A stretch of DNA of 32,520 nucleotides from Desulfobacterales bacterium (GTDB lineage: Bacteria; Desulfobacterota; Desulfobacteria; Desulfobacterales; JAFDCJ01): contig JAOZPY010000001.1 of the NCBI GenBank assembly GCA_029932495.1, positions 1-32,520 of the forward strand, given 5' to 3'. The first letter of the stretch is position 1, and each line of letters opens with the position of its first letter. Shown here piece by piece: positions 17,707 through 26,692 of this stretch. The notes beneath the pieces are model-generated. The model was not told where the DNA came from and ran no database searches. It was given only the letters and a program-made list of their open reading frames with translations. The position numbers and the translations under genes are program-made.

Positions 17707-18675
17707 ATGCCAGATGATAAAAAAACGTTAATGGAACTTTACCGAAAAATGGTCACTGTCCGCCAGTTCGAGACCATGGCCGGGGAGTACTTCGCCGCCG
17801 GCAAGATTCCGGGTTTCATCCACCTGTCCATCGGGCAGGAGGCTAGCAGCGTCGGGGTCTGTTCCTGCCTGCAGCCGGATGACTATGTGATTACGACCCA
17901 TCGCGGCCATGGCCATATGATTGCCAAGGGGGCCGATCTGAAACGGATGACCGCCGAGTTGTTCGGCAAGCAGACCGGTTATTGCAAAGGCAAGGGCGGT
18001 TCGATGCACATTGCTGATTTTTCCATCGGCATTCTGGGGGCCAACGGTGTGGTGGCTGCCGGGCTGCCCATCATCAGCGGTGCGGGATTGTCCATCAAGC
18101 TGCGCAAAACCGACCAGGTGGCGGTATGCTTTTTCGGTGATGGGGGTGCCAACCGGGGGCCGGTGCACGAGGCGATGAACATGGCTTCCATCTGGAAGCT
18201 GCCCATCATTTTCGTGGTGGAAAACAACCAGTGGGCATCGACAACGCCGGTCAGCTATTCCTGTTCGGTGAAAGATCTTTACCGCCGGGCAGCCGGTTAC
18301 AACATGCCCGGCCAAAAGGTGGACGGCAACGACATCATGGCCGTGCGCAAGGCAACCACCCAGGCCGTGGCTCGGGCCCGGGCGGGCGAAGGGCCGACAT
18401 TTATCGAAAACAAGACCTATCGCATCAAGGGGCATTTCGAGGGCGATCCCCAGAAATATCGAACCCCCGAAGAAGTCAAGAAGTGGCAGGAGCAAAAGGA
18501 TCCCATCGAGCGTTTTTCACGGCTGCTGTTTAAAAAGAAATACCTGTCACGCAAACTGGCCGATCAGATCCAGGCCGAGGTTGCGGCTGAACTGAAGGCC
18601 GCGGTGGCCTTTGCCCAGGACAGCCCCCTGCCCGAGCCCGAGGAGGCGTTGACGGATGTGTATGTGGAATCATGA
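17707..18675 (+). CDS. TPP-dependent dehydrogenase E1 alpha subunit (acetoin/pyruvate dehydrogenase type)
   Basis: GFIHLSIGQEA, THRGHGH, GKGGSMH, GDG...ENN and YRIKGHFEGD motifs. Confidence 0.93.
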   Translation: MPDDKKTLMELYRKMVTVRQFETMAGEYFAAGKIPGFIHLSIGQEASSVGVCSCLQPDDYVITTHRGHGHMIAKGADLKRMTAELFGKQTGYCKGKGGSMHIADFSIGILGANGVVAAGLPIISGAGLSIKLRKTDQVAVCFFGDGGANRGPVHEAMNMASIWKLPIIFVVENNQWASTTPVSYSCSVKDLYRRAAGYNMPGQKVDGNDIMAVRKATTQAVARARAGEGPTFIENKTYRIKGHFEGDPQKYRTPEEVKKWQEQKDPIERFSRLLFKKKYLSRKLADQIQAEVAAELKAAVAFAQDSPLPEPEEALTDVYVES

Positions 18676-18731
18676 ATGTTGAAGGCGTGAGTCATTTTTT
18701 ATTGGCAAGTTGACTATCAAGGGGAAATCAC

Positions 18732-19712
18732 ATGAGCGAGAGAATTCTTTCCAGTTCAGCCGCGTTGGCCGAGGCCTTGCAGGAAGAGATGCGCCGTGAC
18801 GAGACCATTTTTATTCTGGGGGAGGACCTGGTCTCCCATGCGGGTATTTTCGGCCAGTTCAAGGGCATTCCCGAACAGTTTCCGGAGCGCATTATTGACA
18901 CGCCCATTTCGGAGACCTGTATCGCCGGCTGCGGTGTGGGCGCGGCCCTGACAGGCATGCGGCCGTTTGTCGATTTTCATTTTTCGGATTTCATCACCTG
19001 TGGAATGGATGAAATCTGCAACCAGGCGGCCAAGGTACGGTACATGTCCGGCGGCCAGGTGAAGCTGCCGCTGGTGGTGTGGTGCCCGGACGGGGGCGGG
19101 CTGCGTGCTGCGGCCCAGCATTCCCAATCCCTGGAGGCCTGGTTTGTGCACATGCCGGGGCTCAAGGTGGTGATGCCCAGTGAGCCGAGGGACGTCAAGG
19201 GACTGATTAAGGCCGCCATCCGTGACGACAATCCCGTCATGTTCTTCCAGCACAAGAAGCTTTTTGCCAAAGAGGGGCCGGTTCCAGAGGACGACTACAT
19301 CATTGCGCTGGGCCAGGCGGCAGTTAAAAGACAGGGGTCCGATGTCAGCCTGTTGTGTTACGGATCCGGTTATTATCTGTGCCTGGAAGCGGTTGAAGTT
19401 CTGAAGCAAAAGCAGATTGATGCGGAGGTCGTGGATCTGCGGACGCTCAAACCGCTGGACATGGACACCGTGGCGGCATCGATTCGCAAAACCCACCGCG
19501 CGGTCACCGTGCATGAGGCCTGTGTGACGGGCGGCTTCGGCGCCGAGCTGGCGGCCCGCATCCAGGATGAACTGTTCGATGAGCTGGATGCGCCCGTAAA
19601 ACGGGTCGGGGCCAAAAATGTGCCCATTCCCTTTTCACCGACGTTGGAAGATTTTGTGCTGCCGAGCGTAGACGACGTGGTAGAAGCGGTCCGTTCGGTA
19701 ACCTACCGATAG
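18732..19712 (+). CDS. TPP-dependent dehydrogenase E1 beta subunit
   Basis: LGED, DTPISE, AAQHSQSLE, DLRTLKPLD and LDAPVKRV motifs. Confidence 0.93.
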   Translation: MSERILSSSAALAEALQEEMRRDETIFILGEDLVSHAGIFGQFKGIPEQFPERIIDTPISETCIAGCGVGAALTGMRPFVDFHFSDFITCGMDEICNQAAKVRYMSGGQVKLPLVVWCPDGGGLRAAAQHSQSLEAWFVHMPGLKVVMPSEPRDVKGLIKAAIRDDNPVMFFQHKKLFAKEGPVPEDDYIIALGQAAVKRQGSDVSLLCYGSGYYLCLEAVEVLKQKQIDAEVVDLRTLKPLDMDTVAASIRKTHRAVTVHEACVTGGFGAELAARIQDELFDELDAPVKRVGAKNVPIPFSPTLEDFVLPSVDDVVEAVRSVTYR

Positions 19713-19724
19713 ACAGGAGTGCCC

Positions 19725-21014
19725 ATGGCTCAGGAAATCAGGATCCCCAAACTTGGATTGACCATGACCGAGGCCACGCTGGTGAACTGGTTGGTCGGTG
19801 CCGGACAGCCGGTGGCCAGAGAGCAGATCATCTGCGTTATTGAAACCGACAAGGTGTCCATGGAAATGCCGGCGCCGGAGGCCGGCGTGCTGTGCCCCAT
19901 TGTCGAGGCCGGTCGACGGGTGGAAGTCGGAGAATTGATCGGATACGTGGCCGCTGACCAAGCAGAGTTCGAGACCCTGCGGGCCCAGCATGCCGTGGTG
20001 GAGACACAACCGGCCGAAGCGGAAGCGAAACCGATTTCTGAGCCGGAGCGGACCCCCGCCGCCGAAAAGCCCCGACAGCGCCCACCGACCCCGACCCCGA
20101 CGCCAACTCAGGCCAAAACCCCGGGCGATGGGCAGCGCATTGTTGCTTCACCGGCGGCCCGCAAGCTGGGCCGGGAACTGGGAATCGAGTTAAAAGGCAT
20201 TGCCGGCAGCGGACCCGACGGGCGGATCGTGCTGGCCGATGTGCAAAAGGCGGCGCAGGACGGCGGTCAGGCGCGTGTGGACGCGCAATACGATTTCGGG
20301 CTGGTGGCACAGGAAAACGAGATGCTCAGCGTGGCTGAAGAAATCCCCATCCGCGGGATTCGCAAGATCATTTTCAAAAACATGAAACTGAGTATTTCCA
20401 GCCAGGCCCAATTGACGGTGCATACCGAGGCTTCGGCTGAAGCCATGCGCGCAACCCGGGCGCTTTTCAATGCCCGTCTGCAAGAAGGGCAGCCAAAGGT
20501 CTCATACAATGCCATTATCATAAAGGCGGTTGCCCACTGCCTGCGGGCCTACCCCGTGCTGAATGCCGTGGTGGCCGGTCGACATATTCGAATCTGGCGA
20601 CAGATCCACATCGGCGTTGCCATGGATTTCGGCCAGGGCCTGATCGTTCCCAAGGTCCGCAATGCGGATACCAAATCACTGCCGACCATTTCCGGGGAGC
20701 TGGATGATCTGGCCGCCCGGGGTGCCAAGAAAAAACTTCTTCCTGATGAACTTCAGGCCGGAACCTTCACCGTTACCAACCTGGGAAGCTGGGACATCGA
20801 CGAGTTTACCCCCATCTGCAATTTTCCGGAAAGCGCCATCCTGGGCGTGGGCCGCATCGTGGAAAAGCCATGGGTTCGCAATGGCGCGGTGGTGGCCGAG
20901 CCGCGGGTCACCCTCAGTCTGACATTCGACCACCGGGTCATTGATGGCGCCCTGGCAGCGGAATTTCTTAAAAATCTCAAGGACAGGCTTGAAGACCCAC
21001 GCCTGATGCTCTAG
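19725..21014 (+). CDS. Dihydrolipoamide acyltransferase E2
   Basis: One lipoyl domain (ETDKV), Pro/Thr linker, subunit-binding ASPAARKL...GSGPDGRI, catalytic DHRVIDG; RBS AGGAG before ATG 19725. Confidence 0.93.
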   Translation: MAQEIRIPKLGLTMTEATLVNWLVGAGQPVAREQIICVIETDKVSMEMPAPEAGVLCPIVEAGRRVEVGELIGYVAADQAEFETLRAQHAVVETQPAEAEAKPISEPERTPAAEKPRQRPPTPTPTPTQAKTPGDGQRIVASPAARKLGRELGIELKGIAGSGPDGRIVLADVQKAAQDGGQARVDAQYDFGLVAQENEMLSVAEEIPIRGIRKIIFKNMKLSISSQAQLTVHTEASAEAMRATRALFNARLQEGQPKVSYNAIIIKAVAHCLRAYPVLNAVVAGRHIRIWRQIHIGVAMDFGQGLIVPKVRNADTKSLPTISGELDDLAARGAKKKLLPDELQAGTFTVTNLGSWDIDEFTPICNFPESAILGVGRIVEKPWVRNGAVVAEPRVTLSLTFDHRVIDGALAAEFLKNLKDRLEDPRLML

Positions 21015-21097
21015 CCGGGCGTTGAGTCGTCCGGGGACGTTGAGCCTGTTTTCACCGGGCCGCATGTAAACTTTAATGCCATTGAGGAGTCGAGTAT

Positions 21098-21430
21098 ATG
21101 AGTGAGCAGCGACATATCGAAATTGGTCAGTTGTTTAAACAGCTGGAAGAAGATTTTCCCGAGGAATTGGGCGCGTTCAAAGAGTTGAGTCGCGTGCTGG
21201 AGCGCGATGGGTCGCTTGATAGGAAAACCAAGGACCTAATCCTGATCGCTCTGGCTGTCGGTGTCCGGTGTGAAAAATGCATTGCCTTTCATATTCGCAA
21301 CGCCGTTATGAACGGGGTGAGTAAAGAACAGATTTTGGAGGCTGCCATGCTGAATGTGCTGTTCCGGGGAGGCACCGGAGTCATGGACATGCACGTGGTT
21401 TACGAGGAACTGTACAATCATTTTGACTGA
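21098..21430 (+). CDS. Carboxymuconolactone decarboxylase / AhpD-like protein with CxxC
   Basis: GSLDRKTKDLILIALAVGVRCEKCIAFH...GVSKEQILEA motif. Confidence 0.9.
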   Translation: MSEQRHIEIGQLFKQLEEDFPEELGAFKELSRVLERDGSLDRKTKDLILIALAVGVRCEKCIAFHIRNAVMNGVSKEQILEAAMLNVLFRGGTGVMDMHVVYEELYNHFD

Positions 21431-21582
21431 TGGTCACCGTTTTTTCCAACGACTAGATCCGGAGGATTTTTTTCATCAAGGCCGCGGCTGCTTTTCAGGA
21501 TTCGCCGACGCTCTGAATTCGGTGGGACAGCCTTTGTCCGGTTGCAAGGACAATTAACGCTTGCGCACGGCAGGCAGAGTTC

Positions 21583-23910
21583 TTATTTTTGCGTTTTTGG
21601 CATTGAAGCATTGCAGACGGCTGACATGGGGCAAGCGGCTGTGGGCACTTCCACGACGGGTTCCCGGTAATGCTGCATAAATTGAAGGTCCCGGCGGCTG
21701 CGTTCGACCATGCGGCGTTCCAGTTCTTTTTTCCCCAGTCCCATTAAGATCCGGTAGGCATTGTACTTGGTCTTGCAAAAATAGATGTCAAAGGGATTTT
21801 TCCCGTCCGTCCGGCGGTGGATGCGGATACCGGGAATGTTATCCTGCTGGATATATTCACTGCGGCAGTTGATCAGCAGTGGTTCCACATCGTACTTGTT
21901 CAGCCACGGAATGCAGGCGCCTTCCATCCCCAGAACCGGATCCATGATGGAGCGGATTTTTTCAGTCACCCCGCCCACGGCCAGGATAATATCACCGGTC
22001 AGCGAACCGGTTACCCCGTAGCGCTGATTCACGGGTTGCCGGATGAAATCCGATACCAGGGCGATGTCCATGGCCACTGAGGCGCTGTCGCCCTCCACAC
22101 CGCCGTGGGCCTGGATGTAGTCGATGTACATCTCGTAACCCACGTAGGGAGCGCCGATATTGTTGAGCACCTTTTTAATGGATGCCCGGACATTTTGCGC
22201 GGCAGCTTTGGCAATATCGCCGATCTTTCCGGGAGCCACCACTTTGTCGGCATTGCCGACGTTGATCTGGCCGTGGATCGGCAGGGGCTGGCCGTGCATC
22301 TGCCCGCTGGATGCCGATTGAATTACAGCCAGTCCGACCACATACCCGATGGAGTCGGTCATGGAGCTGATATATTTTTTGAGATATTTTTTGTGCTTCG
22401 CGATTTCCCGGGAAATACTGCCTTCCAGGCTCAGGTGTTCTTCCAGCGCCCGGCGTACGTGCTGGGGTTGTACCAGCGGCGCGTTTTCGAACATGGCCTC
22501 AAATTCGGCCGTTTTGATAATCCCGTTGATGGGCCGCAAAATACCGCTCAATTTTCCATCCGATGAGCGGCAGCGCAGCTCCTTGACGATTTCCAGAACT
22601 GCATTTTTGGAAAACTCGCGCACGGTCAGCTTGAAATCCTCGGGCAGACTGCGGCCGTAAATGTGTTCGCTTCTTTTGCGTACACTTTCGTGACCTTCCT
22701 TGGCGATAACCTCTCCCCAGGCTTCCTCGAATTCTTGGGCCAGGTTGTTGATCTCCTGTTTGACATACTGGGCGATCTGCCGCACGTTTTGCCGGGTTTC
22801 GGGCACCGCGCTTTCCATCTGGATGATTTCGCCCTTGTCTTCAATGCGGCTGAGAAAAGCCCCGTCGCCTTCCTGCTGGAGGTAGGCCAGGGTGTCGTGG
22901 TTGCAGCAGGCCACGATGATGTTGTCGGCTTTCAGGTTGTCTTCGGAACGGTCGGCCGCACCGCTGCCCGTGCTCTTGCCGCCTTCGAGGATATAGCGCT
23001 TGTTTTGCATGATTTCCAGCAGATCCGCCATGTAGCCGACTTTGACCAGGGTCTTCAACTCATCAATATAAATGATGGGGGATTTGGCGTGGGCCCCCAG
23101 GTAGGCGCGTTTGTGCGAGGGGGTTTGCAAATTGCCCGATTGGTAGGGGTCATGTCGGAATCCGCCTTTCATGTTTCTGGCGCTGGGTTCGGACACCCGG
23201 GCCATCAGATCCCGGTCCTGCCGGGGGTCATATAAAATCTCGGGCACCTGATCCTCCAGGTATTTGACATCGTTTCGGGTGCCGGCAATCGTTTCTCTTT
23301 GAATTTTTTCCTGGGCCCGGTGGCTGTTTTCCTGAATATACATGAAGATGGACCCCATGCCGGCCAGCCCGGCGGCGATAAACGCAGGCGGAAAGAAAAC
23401 GCCCGCCGCTGCCGCGATACAGGTGATCAGAATCAGGCCGATCCGGACCCGGCGCACTGCCTGGATCTGGTCGGCGAGGCTGAATTCATCCATGCTGTTG
23501 CGCGCACTTTCGATGGCCGCATTCAACTCGCCAAGGACCTTGTCCATTCTGGCCGGGTTTTCATAGGCAATGCGGATGTGGTTGCGGTCCTTGCCCGGAT
23601 AGGCGACGATGCAATCCCGGGGCCGCAGATAATCACCAAGGGATTTTTCCAGAACCTTGTTGAACATGTTTGCCAGCATGGATTTGCCGGTACCGGGACG
23701 GCCCACCATGAGGATGTGGCCCTTGTTCTGGGCGATTTTTCGAATGGCTTTTTTGGCACGGTCCTGGAAAATAACCCGGTTAATGGGATCTGTGGGCAGA
23801 CTGATTTGCGACGTGTCGGCAAAGCTGCCGAGACGTTTGTCCAGGTGGGCGGGATAGGCCAGCAGCTCCTGAATCCAACGATGGTCGTTTTGCTTATAAT
23901 CACTAGGCAT
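21583..23910 (-). CDS. lonB: Membrane-anchored Lon-family ATP-dependent protease (archaeal LonB architecture)
   Basis: Start MPSDYK at 23910; Walker A GRPGTGKS; hydrophobic hairpin between Walker A and B; HDPYQSG...TP.H.R; Walker B IIYIDE; protease GVEGDSAS...GGVTEK Ser-Lys dyad. Confidence 0.85.
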   Translation of the reverse strand: MPSDYKQNDHRWIQELLAYPAHLDKRLGSFADTSQISLPTDPINRVIFQDRAKKAIRKIAQNKGHILMVGRPGTGKSMLANMFNKVLEKSLGDYLRPRDCIVAYPGKDRNHIRIAYENPARMDKVLGELNAAIESARNSMDEFSLADQIQAVRRVRIGLILITCIAAAAGVFFPPAFIAAGLAGMGSIFMYIQENSHRAQEKIQRETIAGTRNDVKYLEDQVPEILYDPRQDRDLMARVSEPSARNMKGGFRHDPYQSGNLQTPSHKRAYLGAHAKSPIIYIDELKTLVKVGYMADLLEIMQNKRYILEGGKSTGSGAADRSEDNLKADNIIVACCNHDTLAYLQQEGDGAFLSRIEDKGEIIQMESAVPETRQNVRQIAQYVKQEINNLAQEFEEAWGEVIAKEGHESVRKRSEHIYGRSLPEDFKLTVREFSKNAVLEIVKELRCRSSDGKLSGILRPINGIIKTAEFEAMFENAPLVQPQHVRRALEEHLSLEGSISREIAKHKKYLKKYISSMTDSIGYVVGLAVIQSASSGQMHGQPLPIHGQINVGNADKVVAPGKIGDIAKAAAQNVRASIKKVLNNIGAPYVGYEMYIDYIQAHGGVEGDSASVAMDIALVSDFIRQPVNQRYGVTGSLTGDIILAVGGVTEKIRSIMDPVLGMEGACIPWLNKYDVEPLLINCRSEYIQQDNIPGIRIHRRTDGKNPFDIYFCKTKYNAYRILMGLGKKELERRMVERSRRDLQFMQHYREPVVEVPTAACPMSAVCNASMPKTQK

Positions 23911-25099
23911 TGCTATATCCGTTGATGGAGTCCAGCAGATAAAATCTTCCGGCCTCCGAGTCAAAGGTGCGTTTGCGCATTTGAGCATACACCTCGGGCA
24001 GGTTTTTGCCCAAAGGTTCCAGCGCCCGTATGTCATGCAGCACTGTGATATGGGTAAACATCTGCTCACCCTGTTCGTCGTCAAACAGAACATAATTCAG
24101 TGAGATGCCGATTTGCAGATAGTTCAACAGGGGTTTGACCAGGTTTTTCTGGTTTGCCGATACATTCAATGTATTGAATATCTGCTGGTATACAGGCGGC
24201 AGGGGGCTTTTCGTATAATCGATTTCAAGTTTTTTATTGAAAAACAACTTGATCGGCTGGGCCCGGCCTTCAATACACAGGCCGAAGGCATTTTTCATGC
24301 CGTCATCCGCCTGAAGAGAGTGTTCCAGCAGCTGGAGGAGTTTGATCAAACTGGAGTCGCCAAGCTGATATTCAATCTGATTGCTGTCGGTCAGTACGCA
24401 GATCCTGGTATCGGGTGCCCCGTCGTATGAAACCAGCCGCCAGGAATGCCGGTCCTCATAGGACTGAAAATCATAGCCCCGGAGTTCAAACAGGCCCTCG
24501 CCGACATAGGCCTTGCTGAGGATGACCCCCACGTCTTTGGAGACATTGCTGGTCAGATATTTTATTTTGTCTTCGATGCTGCCCTGCAGCTTTAGATAGG
24601 AATAACTGCCGCCGATATCTTCACAGATTCCAACCATCTGAGACACCCGGCGAGGTTCCAGTCGGGCCAGGCGCCGTCCGATGGAATCATGGACGCGCAG
24701 TTGATCGCAAATATGGGTAACATGTTTCCAAAGTCCGGGATCTTTCAAGGAGGGGATGCGCAGTTTAAAACGAGATACCATTACTTCCGGTGCCGGAAAA
24801 GGGCCATTTGGCCGCTGCCGCAGAAAACCGGGCACCAGACGGCGTAAGGCCCTGCGGATTTTTTGTAAACCGGTCAGCGTGTGGTGGACTTCACAGCCGA
24901 TGAGCCGTTTTTTGACCTCAATGGTGTTTGGGTTCAGCAGATAACGGCCAATATCCGACAGGCGGTATTGCCTGGCCGGTCCGCCGGCGGTGCCATCGTT
25001 GAGTCGGTCCGGATCAATTTCTGAATAGCGACCGTTGGAAACAACCCATATTTTATTGAAATTGCTGTATAATTCGCATGAATCCATGGCAGATGACAC
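23903..25099 (-). CDS. Hypothetical protein (about 398 aa), overlapping the lonB start
   Basis: Long ORF with GGGGAG upstream; its stop overlaps the lonB start by 8 nt (ATGCCTAG); no motif recognised; start may be 25087. Confidence 0.8.
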   Translation of the reverse strand: MSSAMDSCELYSNFNKIWVVSNGRYSEIDPDRLNDGTAGGPARQYRLSDIGRYLLNPNTIEVKKRLIGCEVHHTLTGLQKIRRALRRLVPGFLRQRPNGPFPAPEVMVSRFKLRIPSLKDPGLWKHVTHICDQLRVHDSIGRRLARLEPRRVSQMVGICEDIGGSYSYLKLQGSIEDKIKYLTSNVSKDVGVILSKAYVGEGLFELRGYDFQSYEDRHSWRLVSYDGAPDTRICVLTDSNQIEYQLGDSSLIKLLQLLEHSLQADDGMKNAFGLCIEGRAQPIKLFFNKKLEIDYTKSPLPPVYQQIFNTLNVSANQKNLVKPLLNYLQIGISLNYVLFDDEQGEQMFTHITVLHDIRALEPLGKNLPEVYAQMRKRTFDSEAGRFYLLDSINGYSNA

Positions 25100-25156
25100 T
25101 GGCTCCCCCCGGGGGTGTTTGAGACCTGCAAACCCGTTGCCGGTCCATTACACTTT

Positions 25157-25183
25157 ATATCGGTTGTTTTTTGATAATCTTGA
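25157..25183 (-). promoter_or_regulatory. Sigma28 (FliA)-like promoter for the hypothetical-lonB operon
   Basis: Minus strand TCAA-N15-ACCGATAT versus consensus TAAA-N15-GCCGATAA. Confidence 0.55.
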
Positions 25184-25335
25184 TAAAAGAACGCTGATAT
25201 TACAGAGGGTGCGGTAGGAAGAAATGGCTTTACACTTTCAAATTGATTATCTTTTCCGGGCATGGTACGACCAATAGTGACGGCTGGATAGGCCGGCATC
25301 AATCCTTTACGCCCCGGTGGGGCCGCAGACGCAAA

Positions 25336-26598
25336 ATGGCAGAAATCAAACCTTTCCGGGCCTGGCGTTACAATCGCCACCTGCTGAAAAATATCAGTGC
25401 ATTGACCTCCCCGCTTTTTGACGTAGCCTCTGAAAAGCAGAAAGCGGATCTTTACGACAGTTCCTGCAACAGTATCCATCTATCGATTCCGCGCGGGCCA
25501 CGTCCGGCTGAAAATGCCGCCGCAACCCTGAAGCAGTGGCGTGACAGCGGCTGTCTGCGGCAGGACCCCGTTGCCGGCATTTACGTTTATTACCAGTATT
25601 TTAAACTGTCTGGCGATCCCCGGCCTTACTGTCGGCGGGGATTCATATGCAAGATCCGGTTGTACGACTGGGACCAGCGGGTCATCCTGCGCCATGAGAA
25701 CACCATGCCCGCATCGGTTGATGAGCAGGTTGAACTGCTGGCGGCCACCGGCTTGAATGCCAGCCCCACCCATGGCCTATACACGGATGAATCGTTTGAG
25801 CTCGAAAAATACATGGATGAAAGCATGCGCCGTCCGCTGTGCGAGGCCGAAGATTACCAGGGCATCCGGGACGTGCTCGCGGTCATCCGGGAACCGAAAA
25901 TCATCCGGCGTTTTGTGGAACTGATGGCGAAAAAACAGGTGATTTTAGCCGACGGACACCATCGGTATGCGGGTTCACTGGCTTACATGCAGCAACGGAT
26001 GGCTGCCAACGCCGCTCATACCGGCACCGAGCCGTACAATTACCACATGATGTGGTTGACCAACACCCAGGCCAATGACTTGAAGATTTTGCCCACTCAC
26101 CGGCTCATTTACAACCTGAAAAGCTTTGATGAGACCGCGATTCTAAAAAAGCTCGAACACTATTTCACCCTCACGGCGGTGCCGGATCCGAGCTTTATCA
26201 ATGAGATTATCGCCGGCAAAAAAAACACCTTTGGCCTGATCTTTTCCCAATGTGCCTACCAAGCCCGTTTGAAATCCGGCATGCACCGGCGGCTGAACTG
26301 GAATTTTCCGGATGAGGTTAAAAAGCTGGATCTGACGGTCATGCATTATTTTATCATCCAGCAGGCACTGGGGATCAGGGGCCGGGACCAACGCAGCTCA
26401 AAGTGTATCGTCTACGAAAGAAGTTTTCCGATCTGTCTGGCAAAAATGGCCGCCGGCCAGGCACAGATGGCATTGATCACCAATGAAGTTACCATTGAAG
26501 AGGTGAAAAACGTCTGCCTCAGCGGCGCGGTATTGCCGCAAAAATCCACCCACTTCTGGCCCAAGGTTATTTGCGGGCTGGTTTTTGCCGCCATTTGA
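25336..26598 (+). CDS. DUF1015 domain-containing protein
   Basis: MAEIKPFRAWRY, ILRHENT, LADGHHRY, ILPTHR and LPQKSTHFWPK motifs. Confidence 0.9.
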   Translation: MAEIKPFRAWRYNRHLLKNISALTSPLFDVASEKQKADLYDSSCNSIHLSIPRGPRPAENAAATLKQWRDSGCLRQDPVAGIYVYYQYFKLSGDPRPYCRRGFICKIRLYDWDQRVILRHENTMPASVDEQVELLAATGLNASPTHGLYTDESFELEKYMDESMRRPLCEAEDYQGIRDVLAVIREPKIIRRFVELMAKKQVILADGHHRYAGSLAYMQQRMAANAAHTGTEPYNYHMMWLTNTQANDLKILPTHRLIYNLKSFDETAILKKLEHYFTLTAVPDPSFINEIIAGKKNTFGLIFSQCAYQARLKSGMHRRLNWNFPDEVKKLDLTVMHYFIIQQALGIRGRDQRSSKCIVYERSFPICLAKMAAGQAQMALITNEVTIEEVKNVCLSGAVLPQKSTHFWPKVICGLVFAAI

Positions 26599-26622
26599 TA
26601 ATCCGGGGCGGGCACTTTTATT

Positions 26623-26651
26623 TTGACATGAAACTGCCGGTTTTCTATACT
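26623..26651 (+). promoter_or_regulatory. Near-consensus sigma70 promoter of the ankyrin gene
   Basis: TTGACA-17 nt-TATACT, ending 41 nt before ATG 26693. Confidence 0.7.
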
Positions 26652-26692
26652 AATAATTAGATGCCATCCACTTCACACAGCGGGGTCTTTAA

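Noticed and set aside
17728-19514. Long antisense ORFs (255 aa and 252 aa) and many similar shadow ORFs across the window
   Set aside because: They lie opposite well-supported genes in GC-rich coding DNA and show no motifs
20085-20108. Tandem CCGACC-like repeats
   Set aside because: They encode the ordinary Pro-Thr flexible linker of E2
23911-24093. Cys-rich N-terminal extension of the Lon ORF, and similar extensions at 2574-2813, 8869-9012 and 25243-25335
   Set aside because: They overlap upstream genes or promoters, and family homology starts at downstream ATGs
21583-25099. Lon pair as a BREX (BrxL) or other known defence system
   Set aside because: No pglZ, brxC or pglX nearby, and the protease has LonB rather than BrxL features; a defence role is not excluded but is unsupported
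25255-25335. GC-rich leader before DUF1015 as a riboswitch such as ZTP
   Set aside because: Conserved aptamer motifs are not recognisable by eye; an Rfam scan would settle it
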